Positions 1 through 10,133 of a stretch of DNA of 62,012 nt are shown here, in pieces. Source of the DNA: Candidatus Parvarchaeum acidophilus ARMAN-5. Its GTDB lineage: Archaea; Nanobdellota; Nanobdellia; Parvarchaeales; Parvarchaeaceae. Within the stretch, counting starts at the first letter, position 1. Each line of letters starts with the position of its first letter. The notes under the pieces were generated by a model that was not told the origin of the DNA, ran no database searches, and saw nothing but the letters and a program-made list of their open reading frames with translations. The stretch is from assembly GCA_002412085.1 (NCBI GenBank), contig GG745550.1:1-62012 (forward strand). The letters are read 5' to 3'. A program made the position numbers and the translations under genes.

Positions 1-1119
1 GGTCTAGTATCGATCAGTTATGTTATCGGGAGGAAGGAACACAGCGTAGTTCTAGATATAGCTTACTTGTCAGCTGTTATGGGTGCTACCTTGGTTGTAA
101 TCTCCAGTAATTTTATATCGCTGTTTCTTTCAATAGAACTACTTTCAATCGCGTCATACGCTTTAGTATACATGAATAAATCTAATAATGCACTAGAAGG
201 AGCTGTAAAATACCTTTCTACGGGCATAGTCTCGATGGTAATACTTATTTTCGGTATCTCATTAATATACGCAGGGGCAGGAACGTTATCATTTTCATCA
301 CTTCATTCAATTTCATATCTCCCATTCATAGTAGGAGTCTCTATAGTAGTTGCAGGACTGGGTTTTAAATCTACTCTAGTTCCATTTCATATGTGGGCGC
401 CAGATACATACGAATCTTCAAAAAGTTCAGTTACTGCATTTATATCTTCGGTCTCAAAGGCGGCAGGTCTTATAGCTTTGATAAGAGTGTTTTTCTTTGC
501 CCTTCCCGTATCTTCAAGTTTCGTGACAGCGTTGTTTATATCTATAGCGTTAGTAACAATCTTTTTAAGCGCTTTCTTGGCTTCGGTACAAGATAGAATA
601 AAAAGACTTTTGGCTTATTCTAGTATTTCACAGGCAGGTTTTGCATTCATAAGTTTAGCAGTTCTTACAACAAGAGGAGTAAATGCAGCAGTTTTCTATA
701 TATTCGCATTTGCTATTGCCGATGCAATAGTATTTCTTGCATATGATATATTCGAAGAGAAGAAGATACTGTACAAAAAAGACGAAGTGAAGATGTATGG
801 TGCTTCAAAAATAGCTTCTATAACTTTTTTTATAGGCATGCTTTCTTTAGCGGGTTTTCCACCGACAATAGGTTTCTTCGGTAAACTACTTATATTTTAT
901 GCGCTTTTTAGCAGCGGGTATATACCTATAGTAATCCTTCTTTTCTTTTCGTTGTTGGTATCCACATTCTATTACTTTAATGTCTTAGCAGGAATGCGCA
1001 TAACGAAAGGCATATTCAAGAAAAATACAAAACAAGTAATACACAAAGAGCAAAGATTCAAGGAGGCTATCCTTATAGTACTTACGCTTGCTTTGTTTGC
1101 AGGAGTAATTTTTGCATGA
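1..1119 (+). CDS. nuoN: NADH-quinone oxidoreductase chain N-like antiporter subunit (5' end cut by window edge)
   Basis: Frame 1 has no stop from base 1 (the listed ORF starts at TTG 67). Polytopic membrane protein with the FHMWAPDTYE motif typical of NuoN/ND2-type subunits. Confidence 0.7.
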   Translation, partial: GLVSISYVIGRKEHSVVLDIAYLSAVMGATLVVISSNFISLFLSIELLSIASYALVYMNKSNNALEGAVKYLSTGIVSMVILIFGISLIYAGAGTLSFSSLHSISYLPFIVGVSIVVAGLGFKSTLVPFHMWAPDTYESSKSSVTAFISSVSKAAGLIALIRVFFFALPVSSSFVTALFISIALVTIFLSAFLASVQDRIKRLLAYSSISQAGFAFISLAVLTTRGVNAAVFYIFAFAIADAIVFLAYDIFEEKKILYKKDEVKMYGASKIASITFFIGMLSLAGFPPTIGFFGKLLIFYALFSSGYIPIVILLFFSLLVSTFYYFNVLAGMRITKGIFKKNTKQVIHKEQRFKEAILIVLTLALFAGVIFA

Positions 1120-1146
1120 TGCTAATTAAATCAATATAAAAAGTGC

Positions 1147-1857
1147 ATGCATATTCTGTTTATGGATATAGACAAACTTCCTTTTCGGTTTAAAAAAGGA
1201 TACAGAGCAACGTTTTTTGAAGATTATGCCGTTATAGGAGATGTGCATTTGGGGTTCGAAGAAGAGATGAACAGTAGAGGTTATAATGTGTGGGAGAAAA
1301 CCGATGAAATACTTAGGTCTATATTATCATTAAAGGTCAAAAAACTTATAATGTTAGGAGATTTACGAGCAAACTATATAGCTATACGGCCAAAAGAAGG
1401 GGGCCACCTTATAAAATTCTTTTCCAAATTATCTGATTCATTTGATGAAATCATAATAACCAAAGGGAATCATGATGGTGGTTTAGAGAAAATAGTTTCA
1501 AGATTTAATAATATACAGCTAATTAGTGAGTTCATACATAAAAATGTAGGTTTCATGCATGGACATGCTCTTCCATCAATGAAACTTATAAAAGAGGCAG
1601 ATATTCTGTGCATAAGCCATCTGCATCCCTTTGTTTTAATACGAGACTCCAATGGTGTATACTATCGAAAAGATTGTTTTTTCTTTCTTAGGATAAGCCT
1701 ACCCAAAAAAACTTATCCTGCCTCAAAAGTCTCTGATTGTATAATAGTTCCCAAATTCAATCCATATATAGGCGGTTCAGAAGAGTTCGAACCAAAAGGA
1801 ATATTAAAATATGCCAAAATAGAGTCAAAAATGACGACAGATTTGGAGATTTTCTAG
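1147..1857 (+). CDS. calcineurin-like metallophosphoesterase (ICC/COG1407-like)
   Basis: Ordered metallophosphoesterase motifs GDVHLG, GDL, GNHDG, GHA, HLH. Confidence 0.7.
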   Translation: MHILFMDIDKLPFRFKKGYRATFFEDYAVIGDVHLGFEEEMNSRGYNVWEKTDEILRSILSLKVKKLIMLGDLRANYIAIRPKEGGHLIKFFSKLSDSFDEIIITKGNHDGGLEKIVSRFNNIQLISEFIHKNVGFMHGHALPSMKLIKEADILCISHLHPFVLIRDSNGVYYRKDCFFFLRISLPKKTYPASKVSDCIIVPKFNPYIGGSEEFEPKGILKYAKIESKMTTDLEIF

Positions 1858-1897
1858 ATAAGAACTATTATAAATTCCAACCATCATACTTAATAGT

Positions 1898-2830
1898 ATG
1901 AGCTCCGAAGAATTTTGGTTTTTTATAATAGGCATAATCGCTCTTATTTTACTTCTAGTAATGAGTCCAATATTCCCAGATTTCTTTTACCTGTTTCTTC
2001 TAATTTTCATTATAATAATTGCGGTTATATTTTTCATAGCATTTGTAAAAAAATATAGTCAGTTTGAGAGGGGTATAATATTCAGACTAGGTAAATTTAA
2101 TAGAGTTGCAGGCCCGGGCTGGGCAATCGTAATGCCTTTTTTTGAGCAAGAGTATAAGAAAGTAGATGTAAGAGTAAAAATGTTAGACATAAGTTCACAG
2201 GATATATTTACAAACGATGATCTTAAACTGTCTTTAGATGGTACTATATATTACCAAATAATAGACCCGGAAAAGGCAACGCTGCAGATAGATAATTATG
2301 GCCAAGGTTTATCAAATTTGGTACAGTCCGCCATAAGAAATGCAATAGCATCACTTAGCATGAGACAGGTATTCAGCAATCTAGACAAGCTAAATGATAT
2401 ATTGGAAGACGCCATAAGGCATATGACATGGAAATGGGGCATCGATGTTCCATCAGTACAGATAAGGAGCGTTTCCCCTTCAAATGAAGTTATACAAGCT
2501 ATGCAGCAGCCAGAAATAGCTGCGAATCTTCTTCAGGCTCAAAGATTCAAGGCAGAAGCACAGAAGATAGTTATAGAGGCTATAGGTGAAGGAGGAAAAT
2601 CCCTTGACGATAAATCTATAATGTATCTGTATCTTCAGGCACTAAAACAGCTTGGCGAATCTAGCTCTTCTAAGATAATCTTGCCAATGCAGTTCATGCA
2701 AAATAGCGGCAGTATGCTTGGAGGTATAGCTGGCCTTTCTACCGCAGCATTAGCTTCTCTCGGCGGACAAGAAAATGTACAGAATGTTGTTGACAAGATA
2801 AAAGAGAAAATATCGCAGTCTAATAATTAA
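1898..2830 (+). CDS. SPFH/band-7 (stomatin/prohibitin-like) membrane protein
   Basis: N-terminal TM segment followed by ERGIIFRLGKFNRVAGPGWAIVMPFFE, the typical stomatin-family core. Confidence 0.8.
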   Translation: MSSEEFWFFIIGIIALILLLVMSPIFPDFFYLFLLIFIIIIAVIFFIAFVKKYSQFERGIIFRLGKFNRVAGPGWAIVMPFFEQEYKKVDVRVKMLDISSQDIFTNDDLKLSLDGTIYYQIIDPEKATLQIDNYGQGLSNLVQSAIRNAIASLSMRQVFSNLDKLNDILEDAIRHMTWKWGIDVPSVQIRSVSPSNEVIQAMQQPEIAANLLQAQRFKAEAQKIVIEAIGEGGKSLDDKSIMYLYLQALKQLGESSSSKIILPMQFMQNSGSMLGGIAGLSTAALASLGGQENVQNVVDKIKEKISQSNN

Positions 2831-3546
2831 ATATCAATGTCTAATATCCTGTAAAGATCTTTCATGGTCTCTATAATATAATCAGGTTCAAATATTTTCT
2901 TTCTTCCCTTTTTTACGTTATATTTATCAAAAAGTACTGCCATCATCCCTGCTTTCTTTGCGTTGTCTATGTCAATTTCTGGCATGTCTCCAACGAAAAT
3001 AATTTCTGAAGGCTTAAGTTCTAGCATAGACGCGGTTTTTACAAATGCTTCTACTTCCTCTTTACTTTCGGCTATGTTGACTTTTGCTATTACGGTTATA
3101 TCAAAGTGATGTATAAACTCTATGTTACTGATAGTTTTAGTCTTACTACCCGGATACAGTCCTTCTCCAGTAAGTAGTCCTATCTTAAGCCCAGCTTTTT
3201 TTAATTTTTTTATTGTTTCATCTGCTTCATCAGTAAATTCCAGTCTTCTTAAAAAATACTCTTCAAATATATTGGAGTATTTCTCTATATGTTTCTGTTC
3301 AAGTTCCACACTGGAAACTCTGGCAAATATCTCATAAAATAATTGTATGTTTCTTTTGTCATAAGGTATGGTTTTGAACTCCTTATTGGTTTTATCAATG
3401 AATTCTCTAAATAATTGATAGTTTATCTGTTTAAAATCTTTTTTTATCTCTTCAAATACAGCATCATCTGCATTCTTTACAGTGTTATGTATATCTATAA
3501 GAGTGTTGTCAAGATCAAATATCACTCCCTTTATCTCCTTTTTCAT
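2827..3546 (-). CDS. HAD-superfamily hydrolase
   Basis: Motif I VIFDLDNTLID and motif IV FVGDMPEIDIDNAKKAGM. Confidence 0.8.
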   Translation of the reverse strand: MKKEIKGVIFDLDNTLIDIHNTVKNADDAVFEEIKKDFKQINYQLFREFIDKTNKEFKTIPYDKRNIQLFYEIFARVSSVELEQKHIEKYSNIFEEYFLRRLEFTDEADETIKKLKKAGLKIGLLTGEGLYPGSKTKTISNIEFIHHFDITVIAKVNIAESKEEVEAFVKTASMLELKPSEIIFVGDMPEIDIDNAKKAGMMAVLFDKYNVKKGRKKIFEPDYIIETMKDLYRILDIDI

Positions 3547-3556
3547 AATACAAAAA

Positions 3557-3628
3557 AGCCTCCGACGGGTGCTGGCCCCGCGACCTTCTGCTTACAAGGC
3601 AGACGCTCTGCCGCTGAGCTACGGAGGC
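3557..3628 (-). tRNA. tRNA-Thr(UGU), 72 nt, no encoded CCA, non-canonical T-loop
   Basis: Hand-folded cloverleaf: acceptor GCCTCCG/CGGAGGC, D arm GCTC-AGCGGCA-GAGC, anticodon arm TCTGC-CTTGTAA-GCAGA. The T arm is GCGGG-GCCAGCA-CCCGT, where the loop lacks the usual TTCRANY. Confidence 0.75.
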
Positions 3629-3702
3629 TTATTAAAAGCGCTAGACATCCTATTAAATTTTGATACGTTTATATATTTTTAGGTTTAGTCTACTATATTG
3701 TA

Positions 3703-4323
3703 ATGGAAGAGTATGAGGTTATAGAGCACGTTAAAAAAGATGAAAATGCATCAAATAATATATTTTTGATAGTTGCCATTAATTATATAATACCAACATA
3801 TGTAAAATTCGAGAGCGAGCAAGATTTTAAAGCAGGAGAAAAGGTCAGCATAGATAATAATGCGGTTTTCTATAAAAACTCAAAAGTTGGAGAGGTTAAG
3901 ATATTTAAAAGTGCAGCGGATATAGAGGTAGATACTAATTACGATATAAAGTACACTGGCGGTTACTCAGTTGACGGAAAAAAGGTATACCTTGATAAAA
4001 ATTTTCCTAAATTCATAGATGTAGACGGAAAGAAAATCGATACAATCGAAAGTATAGCAAAGCATCACGAAATGTCAGAAAAATGGATGATAGACGATGC
4101 TTACGAATATGCGTATGCGCATGAGGTGGCTACAAAAATAGAAAGAGAGTATGTAGAATCTATTGGAGTTAATTGGGATGCATATTGCAAGGAGGTTAAC
4201 AAGAATTTGCATGCTGTTTACAATACTAAAGCAGATGATACTCCTTCAGATCTAGACCTTTCACCTTACTTTTATTCAAAGGATGAAAAGGCTTTGAAAG
4301 AAATACGGGAAACTAAGGAATGA
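3703..4323 (+). CDS. hypothetical protein
   Basis: Clean 206-aa ORF with a TATA-like cgtttatata about 35-40 nt upstream. No family recognised. Confidence 0.5.
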   Translation: MEEYEVIEHVKKDENASNNIFLIVAINYIIPTYVKFESEQDFKAGEKVSIDNNAVFYKNSKVGEVKIFKSAADIEVDTNYDIKYTGGYSVDGKKVYLDKNFPKFIDVDGKKIDTIESIAKHHEMSEKWMIDDAYEYAYAHEVATKIEREYVESIGVNWDAYCKEVNKNLHAVYNTKADDTPSDLDLSPYFYSKDEKALKEIRETKE

Positions 4324-4335
4324 GGTCATTATTAA

Positions 4336-5085
4336 ATGGAAGAAAAATTTGTTGATATCCATGCTCATCTTTGCGACAGGGAATTCGATTCAAATAGAGA
4401 TTTACTTGCAGATAGATTAAGAAGGGAGTACACAGTTTTAAATGCCGGCGAGAATTCACGGCAGAATTCGGACATACTAAAGCTTTCTGAAAAATATCCA
4501 TTCATCCTTCCATGTATAGGGCTCCATCCAAATCAAATAGCAACTATGGAGTATAATCTCGTTGAAAAAGAGCTAGCATACTTATCAGATAATATCGGTA
4601 AGACTTTTGCCGTGTCTGAGATAGGTTTGGATTTCAAGGGAAAAGACTTATACCAAGAAGAACAGGAGAAGGAAGTTTTTTATAAGATATTAGAAATAGC
4701 CAATAAAAACAATAAGGTGTGCATAATTCATAGTCGTAAGGCCATCGATGATGTTCTAGAGGCTCTTTCAAGTTTTAGTATAAAAGCAGTAATACATAAT
4801 TTTGAAGGAAATTTAAGACAGCTTGAAAATGCACAAGACATCGGCGTAAATATTAGTATATCGACAGGTTTTATGCGTTTCAAGAAAGACAATGTAATAA
4901 AGAAGGTGGATATAGATAGAATTTTTACAGAAACGGATTCTCCCGTTTTAAGTCCTGATAACGCAATAAATACTCCTTTAAATTTACCTAAGCTTATAAA
5001 ATATATCGCAGATATTAAGAATATTAGTATGGAAAAATTAAAATCATCAGTATATTCAAATTTTATGAAGGTGTTTTATGATTGA
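4336..5085 (+). CDS. TatD-family metal-dependent hydrolase/DNase
   Basis: VDIHAHL, EIGLDF, IIHSR and ETDSP motifs in TatD order. Confidence 0.8.
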   Translation: MEEKFVDIHAHLCDREFDSNRDLLADRLRREYTVLNAGENSRQNSDILKLSEKYPFILPCIGLHPNQIATMEYNLVEKELAYLSDNIGKTFAVSEIGLDFKGKDLYQEEQEKEVFYKILEIANKNNKVCIIHSRKAIDDVLEALSSFSIKAVIHNFEGNLRQLENAQDIGVNISISTGFMRFKKDNVIKKVDIDRIFTETDSPVLSPDNAINTPLNLPKLIKYIADIKNISMEKLKSSVYSNFMKVFYD

Positions 5086-5992
5086 TTTAACTTTTCTTGG
5101 AACTTCTTCGGCCTTTCCCACTGCTAAAAGGAACCACCCTTCGGTATACTTAAGTATAGAAGGTACTCGCATGTTGCTTGACTGCGGAGAAGGCACGCAA
5201 CGTCAGATAAGAAAGGCAGGATTAAGTCCTTCCATAGATTATATATTTATAACCCACTGGCATGGAGACCATTCTCTCGGGGTGGGAGGTATGATACAGA
5301 GCCTTAATATGATGAAAAGTAATAAATTACTTTACATTTTTGGACCAAGTGGTACAAAAGAGAGTGTGGAAAATATAATAAAATCATATAAATTCTATAA
5401 CAATGTAAATGTTAAGAAGGTGCCTATAAATGCCGTAAAAGAAAGGTTATTGATAAACAACGAAAAATATTCTGTTTCGGCAATAAACGTCAAGCATTCC
5501 GTAAAATGTCTCGCATACAAAGTAAGTGAGCACGACAGTAGGAATATTCTTGTAGACAAACTTTCAAAAATGAATATAAAACCTGGAGAATTTCTTAAAG
5601 ACTTAAAAAATGGTAAGGACGTTTTATATAATGGGAAAAAACTGAAATATAAGGATTTTACTTACATTAAAAAAGGTAAATCTATTGCTTATGTAACCGA
5701 TTTAAGATTTGAAAATACAATTCTGCCATTTGTAAAAGGAGTAGATACATTAATAATAGAAAGTACCTTCGCAGCTGATTTTAAAAGGTCATACGATTTT
5801 TTTCATCTTAATATAAATGAAGCTATGAAAATTGCAAAAGATTCCGGGGCAAAAAACGTTTACTTTGTACATACGAGCCAGAGATACGATAATACAGATT
5901 TAATGCAAAAAGATGCACAGAACGTGTTTTCAAAGCTGAAATGTAAATTTAATTACTATTTTCCGGATGATTTGGATAAAATATCGCTCTAA
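5078..5992 (+). CDS. rnz: ribonuclease Z (tRNA 3' endonuclease)
   Basis: LTFLGTSSAFPT..RNHPSVYL N-terminus and metallo-beta-lactamase motif ITHWHGDH. Length ~300 aa. Confidence 0.85.
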   Translation: MIDLTFLGTSSAFPTAKRNHPSVYLSIEGTRMLLDCGEGTQRQIRKAGLSPSIDYIFITHWHGDHSLGVGGMIQSLNMMKSNKLLYIFGPSGTKESVENIIKSYKFYNNVNVKKVPINAVKERLLINNEKYSVSAINVKHSVKCLAYKVSEHDSRNILVDKLSKMNIKPGEFLKDLKNGKDVLYNGKKLKYKDFTYIKKGKSIAYVTDLRFENTILPFVKGVDTLIIESTFAADFKRSYDFFHLNINEAMKIAKDSGAKNVYFVHTSQRYDNTDLMQKDAQNVFSKLKCKFNYYFPDDLDKISL

Positions 5993-6042
5993 TATTGAAA
6001 TATAGAAATGTATTTAAATGTCTCATTCTATATTAAGAAAAT

Positions 6043-7071
6043 ATGAATTCGATTACAGTAAGTGTTATAGGACCATATAGATCGGGAAAATCTACTCTCG
6101 TGAATAAGCTTCAGCAGAGAAAAGGAGCAGAAGAAGATGTGTCTTTCTTTTTCTTTAAATATGGAGGTAAGAACGTAACTTTATTGGATACTCCCGGGGA
6201 CATGGATAATCCTTCGGTTTTGGCATCGGTATTGACTATATCCGACGCAATAATTTTTTGCGTTTCAGTCGAGAACGGTTTAAATCCCCAGACAGGAGAG
6301 CAGATAATAATGGCTGATACAGCAGGTATTAAGCAAGGTATAATCTGTATAACAAAAGCGGATATATCAACAGCCGAAGAAGTAGAAAAATTGAAAAATA
6401 ATATATCAGCTATAATAAAAAACACAAATCTAAAAGATTTTGAGATAATAACTGTGGATATAAACAACGAACAAAGCATAGCAGATATAAGATCCAAGGT
6501 GTCTTCTCTCCATTATGAGCAAGAAAAAATAAATAAGCCCTTTAAGATATTGATAGACAATGCCTTTGAATCCAAGGGAATGTCAGTTGCAGTAGGTACA
6601 ATGCCTACTGGAAAGATAGGGGTCCATTCTGAAGGTATGATCTCTCCTGAACCATTTACGAAAGAAATATCCATAAATTCAATACAGATAAATCAAGAGG
6701 ACGTAAATTCTGCGGAGGCAGGCGATAGAGTCGGCGTTGCGATAAAAGGAGTTTGGCCTTGGGATCTTCCACGAGGTGTAGAGATAAGACAAAAAGGGAG
6801 TTATAAAGACATGAAAGAAGGAGAAATATCTGTAGACGTAATCCCTCTTTACAAGCAGGAGATAAAAGATGATATAAAGCTTAATCTTATCTGTAACTGG
6901 CAAAATTCTGTTATAACACTGAGTAACGTAAAATACGAAAACAAAAAAATGAATGCTCATTTCATTGCTGAAAAAAATATATGTTTTGACGATAACGACC
7001 GCATGCTACTTATAAATAAGGATCTTCCTATAAGGTTTCTTAGAGTTGTAGGAAAACCAGTCATAAGCTAA
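6043..7071 (+). CDS. EF-Tu/SelB-family translational GTPase-like protein with degenerate G motifs
   Basis: G1 GPYRSGKST, G3 DTPGD, G4 TKAD, followed by an EF-Tu domain-II-like beta-barrel region (GDRVGVAIKG). Confidence 0.6.
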   Translation: MNSITVSVIGPYRSGKSTLVNKLQQRKGAEEDVSFFFFKYGGKNVTLLDTPGDMDNPSVLASVLTISDAIIFCVSVENGLNPQTGEQIIMADTAGIKQGIICITKADISTAEEVEKLKNNISAIIKNTNLKDFEIITVDINNEQSIADIRSKVSSLHYEQEKINKPFKILIDNAFESKGMSVAVGTMPTGKIGVHSEGMISPEPFTKEISINSIQINQEDVNSAEAGDRVGVAIKGVWPWDLPRGVEIRQKGSYKDMKEGEISVDVIPLYKQEIKDDIKLNLICNWQNSVITLSNVKYENKKMNAHFIAEKNICFDDNDRMLLINKDLPIRFLRVVGKPVIS

Positions 7072-7101
7072 ATTTTTATAATATAAGTAACTATTGATTT
7101 T

Positions 7102-8078
7102 ATGCCAGAGTCATATAAAAAAGATGTTATACGAGTGGATTATAGGACGGGTAAGAAGATACTTTTTTCTAGTGTAAGAAACAATAAACCAGATGATTTT
7201 TATCATATTTCTGGAGATAATTGGGAGTCAGATATATCCAAGTGTCCATTTGAGTATGGAAAGGAGGCTTTAAACAAGACTATAAAATTGGTAGGCGGAG
7301 ACGAACATTCTTGGAAGCTTAAAGTTATAGAGAATAAATTTCCAATGCTTTCACCAGAATTCGATTTTATACCTTTGGAAGGATTACTCGAAGAGAAGCC
7401 TGCTTTCGGTTACTGTGAAGTAATATTTGAAACTCCAATACATAATCTAAGATTTTCACAGCTTGGAAAAGAGGAATACTTAAGGTGGTTAGACACCATT
7501 ATTGAAAGAGAAAATGAGCTATATTCGAGGGATAGAATAAAATACGTCTATGTATTTAAGAACGAAGGCCCGAGAAGTGGCGCCAGTCTTTCACATACAC
7601 ACAGCCAAATAATTTCTTTTGAGGAAGTTCCAGAAACGATAAAAGACGAGCAAAAAAAGATCAGCGAATTTATCGATTCAAACCACGCATGCCTGTATGA
7701 ACAAATTCTTAATTATGAAAAAGAAAGAGTTTTAGTAGAAAATAATACTTTCATAGCGTTTGCTCCATTTGGATCTAAGATGAGTTCGGAATCCTTAATT
7801 ATGCCAAAGAGGCATGTTAATTATGTGGGTTTGCTTTCATCCGAGGAAAAATCAGATTTTGTAGACATACTATCAAAAATTATAAAAACAAACGAGGCTT
7901 TATTTGGAAAGATTTCATATAATATACTGTTCCATGAAGTTAAAGACGATGAGACTTTCATTTTCATGTTGAGATATGCCCCAGAGTTATAACATTCGCT
8001 GCAATAGAATTCGCAGGGTTTAATACAAATCAAGTATTTCCAGAGTTTTATGCAAAGCTTTTTAGAGAAAAAAGCTAA
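7102..8078 (+). CDS. galT: galactose-1-phosphate uridylyltransferase family (GalT/HIT) protein, interrupted by one apparent -1 frameshift near 7951-7955
   Basis: Active-site SHTHSQI. The listed ORF stops at 7992. Frame 3 from 7953 encodes DFHFHVEICPRVITFAAIEFAGFNTNQVFPEFYAKLFREKS*, which aligns with the C-terminus YHLHFEIYPRLADFAGIELGQNVFVNT of the paralog at 50151-51137. Confidence 0.8.
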
Positions 8079-8276
8079 GTTTATTGTTTATAACACTATT
8101 TTTTCATAATAGTCTTTTTCAATATTCTGCGAAAGAATAGACTCTTAGCGAACTTATAACCAAGATATATGTATTTGAGTCTTTTTAGAAAATATTTGTT
8201 ATTAAAATAAAAAATGAACAAATTCCTTATTATAATAAAATGGTATAATTAAACAAATATCCATTTGTTTTGATTA

Positions 8277-9248
8277 TTAATTTTTTTGCTTTGTTGTATC
8301 ATTATTGTAAATTTTACGTATGTTTTCATAGATAAGATTCCTTAATTCTGAAGGATAATTATCGATAGCTTTTTTAAATTCTTCTATGTTCTCTTCTTTT
8401 AAATTTATAGACAACCAAGAGTTAATGGCACCGAAATCAACAGCAGTATACAGTGAGTTTTTTAAAAGTACACCGACTACTTTTGAATTCTTGCTTTTTA
8501 TTTGGTCGTTTATAGCATCAGTTAAGTGCATTTCATTGTTTGCGCCAGGTTTTACATTTTTTATGCTATCCATGCTTTTTTCATTAAATATATACATTCC
8601 ACCAGACATCACTTCATATCTATCTTTTACTCCAAATCTTTTTTCTATAACATCATCATTTGGTTTTTCTATTGCATCTGTAGTATCTAGCAATATTTTG
8701 TCTAGGTAATTTAATTTATTGCCTTTTACAACTCCTCCTTTTTTTGCTATTTCTTTATCAAGATTTTCAAAATAGTATAATGGACAACCGTTATAAATAT
8801 CAATTAGGTTTTTCATTAAACTTTCGTATTTTTCATGTCTATCGATTATTAAGTTGTCTCCCAATAATGTAATGTAAGATTTTCCTCTTAGTTCATCTTC
8901 AGCCATTGCCAATGCAGCTGCTGGCCCCTTTGGTTTTTTCAAATATTTATCTTCTTCCTGATAAATTAGTTTTATTCTTACTTCTTTATCTTTATCTCTT
9001 AATTGCCTTTCTAAATCCTTTAAATATTCATTCTGAAACCTAAATGAATAATCGTTATCTTCATCTTTTCTTGTCACGACTATTATATCCTTTATACCGT
9101 TGTTATAGCAATTCATTATGTGGTGGTATATTAAAGGTTTGTCTCTATAAGGAACCATTGTCTTTGGGATAAAGTTGGTAAATGGGCGAAGACGACTTCC
9201 ATTTCCAGCCGCTAATATCACGGCCGTTTTAATCTCCGTGTATCCCAT
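8277..9248 (-). CDS. sugar-1-phosphate nucleotidyltransferase (UDP-glucose pyrophosphorylase-like)
   Basis: N-terminal AVILAAGNGSRLRPFTNFIPKTMVP signature of NTP_transferase enzymes. Confidence 0.75.
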   Translation of the reverse strand: MGYTEIKTAVILAAGNGSRLRPFTNFIPKTMVPYRDKPLIYHHIMNCYNNGIKDIIVVTRKDEDNDYSFRFQNEYLKDLERQLRDKDKEVRIKLIYQEEDKYLKKPKGPAAALAMAEDELRGKSYITLLGDNLIIDRHEKYESLMKNLIDIYNGCPLYYFENLDKEIAKKGGVVKGNKLNYLDKILLDTTDAIEKPNDDVIEKRFGVKDRYEVMSGGMYIFNEKSMDSIKNVKPGANNEMHLTDAINDQIKSKNSKVVGVLLKNSLYTAVDFGAINSWLSINLKEENIEEFKKAIDNYPSELRNLIYENIRKIYNNDTTKQKN

Positions 9249-9370
9249 GTTAAATAATCTATATTGAAATAAACTTATATTAATATCTTTATAGTACTAA
9301 AATCTATTTTATAGTATTAGTCATAGAGTGTATAGACTAATGTTTTTTAATTTCAATTGTTTATTTTATA

Positions 9371-10021
9371 TCAACCAAGTAGTATATTCTCAGTTATAAG
9401 TGCCGGAAGTTCTTTTACTTTATCTTCTTCAAAATCAGTTTCTCTCATTAATAATTCCTTTAGTATTTTTTCAGCATCGCCTTTTTCTATCTCTTTGTCA
9501 GTTAAAGCTTTTGATATTTCTCTATACCTTACCGAATCTATCATAGGGAAGTTTTCATATTTACTTATATATTTTTTCATTTCTTCTAGATAATTTTTAC
9601 TCGTTTCGATTTTTATTATGCTTTTCCAAAGGGTAGTCTCTTTTTCCGCTGTTTCTTTGCTGTCAGACGCGTGTACAAGATTTATACCTTTAGTAGTACC
9701 ATATCTACCTCTTATAGAAAGTGGGTCGGCTTTCTCACACATCGTCTTGCCAAGAAGATTTCTTACTTTCTCAGTTATATTATCACCAGCGGCTATTATA
9801 ACTGCTAACTCCGTATAGCTCATAAAATTTATAAGATTATCATAGCAAAATTTTCCTTTATGCTCACCATAATGTTTTTCGGCAAGAAAATCTTTATCAG
9901 GTTTAATTATTTCAAAAAATTTTATTTCTGGATTTAATTCAAGTATGCTTTTAAGAGCCCTTGCTCCAGAGTATCTTCGTACCATTCCATCAGGTTTTAG
10001 TAATATCAACATTTCTTCCAT
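9371..10021 (-). CDS. ndk: nucleoside diphosphate kinase-like protein with ~70-aa C-terminal extension
   Basis: LILLKPDG..., SIRGRYGT and NLVHASDS (catalytic His region) in NDK order. The extra acidic C-terminal tail is not typical. Confidence 0.65.
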   Translation of the reverse strand: MEEMLILLKPDGMVRRYSGARALKSILELNPEIKFFEIIKPDKDFLAEKHYGEHKGKFCYDNLINFMSYTELAVIIAAGDNITEKVRNLLGKTMCEKADPLSIRGRYGTTKGINLVHASDSKETAEKETTLWKSIIKIETSKNYLEEMKKYISKYENFPMIDSVRYREISKALTDKEIEKGDAEKILKELLMRETDFEEDKVKELPALITENILLG

Positions 10022-10133
10022 ATTACTTTTTGTGGATAATTCAATATAAACCTTTGCAGGTTTTTTAATTTAAGATATATTTAATTTACTTATTAATAGT
10101 AAAATATTAATATGTAAATAGATTATTTTATGG

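Noticed and set aside
1-66. Possible vector or linker sequence at the 5' end of the window, by analogy with the 3' end.
   Set aside because: No match to the pUC polylinker in either orientation. The frame of the NuoN-like protein is open through base 1, so it is treated as genuine coding sequence, though possibly low quality.
3415-3682. 82-aa and 66-aa plus-strand ORFs across the tRNA-Thr(UGU) locus.
   Set aside because: They run through the tRNA gene and the antisense of the HAD gene start. They are artefacts of the ORF caller.
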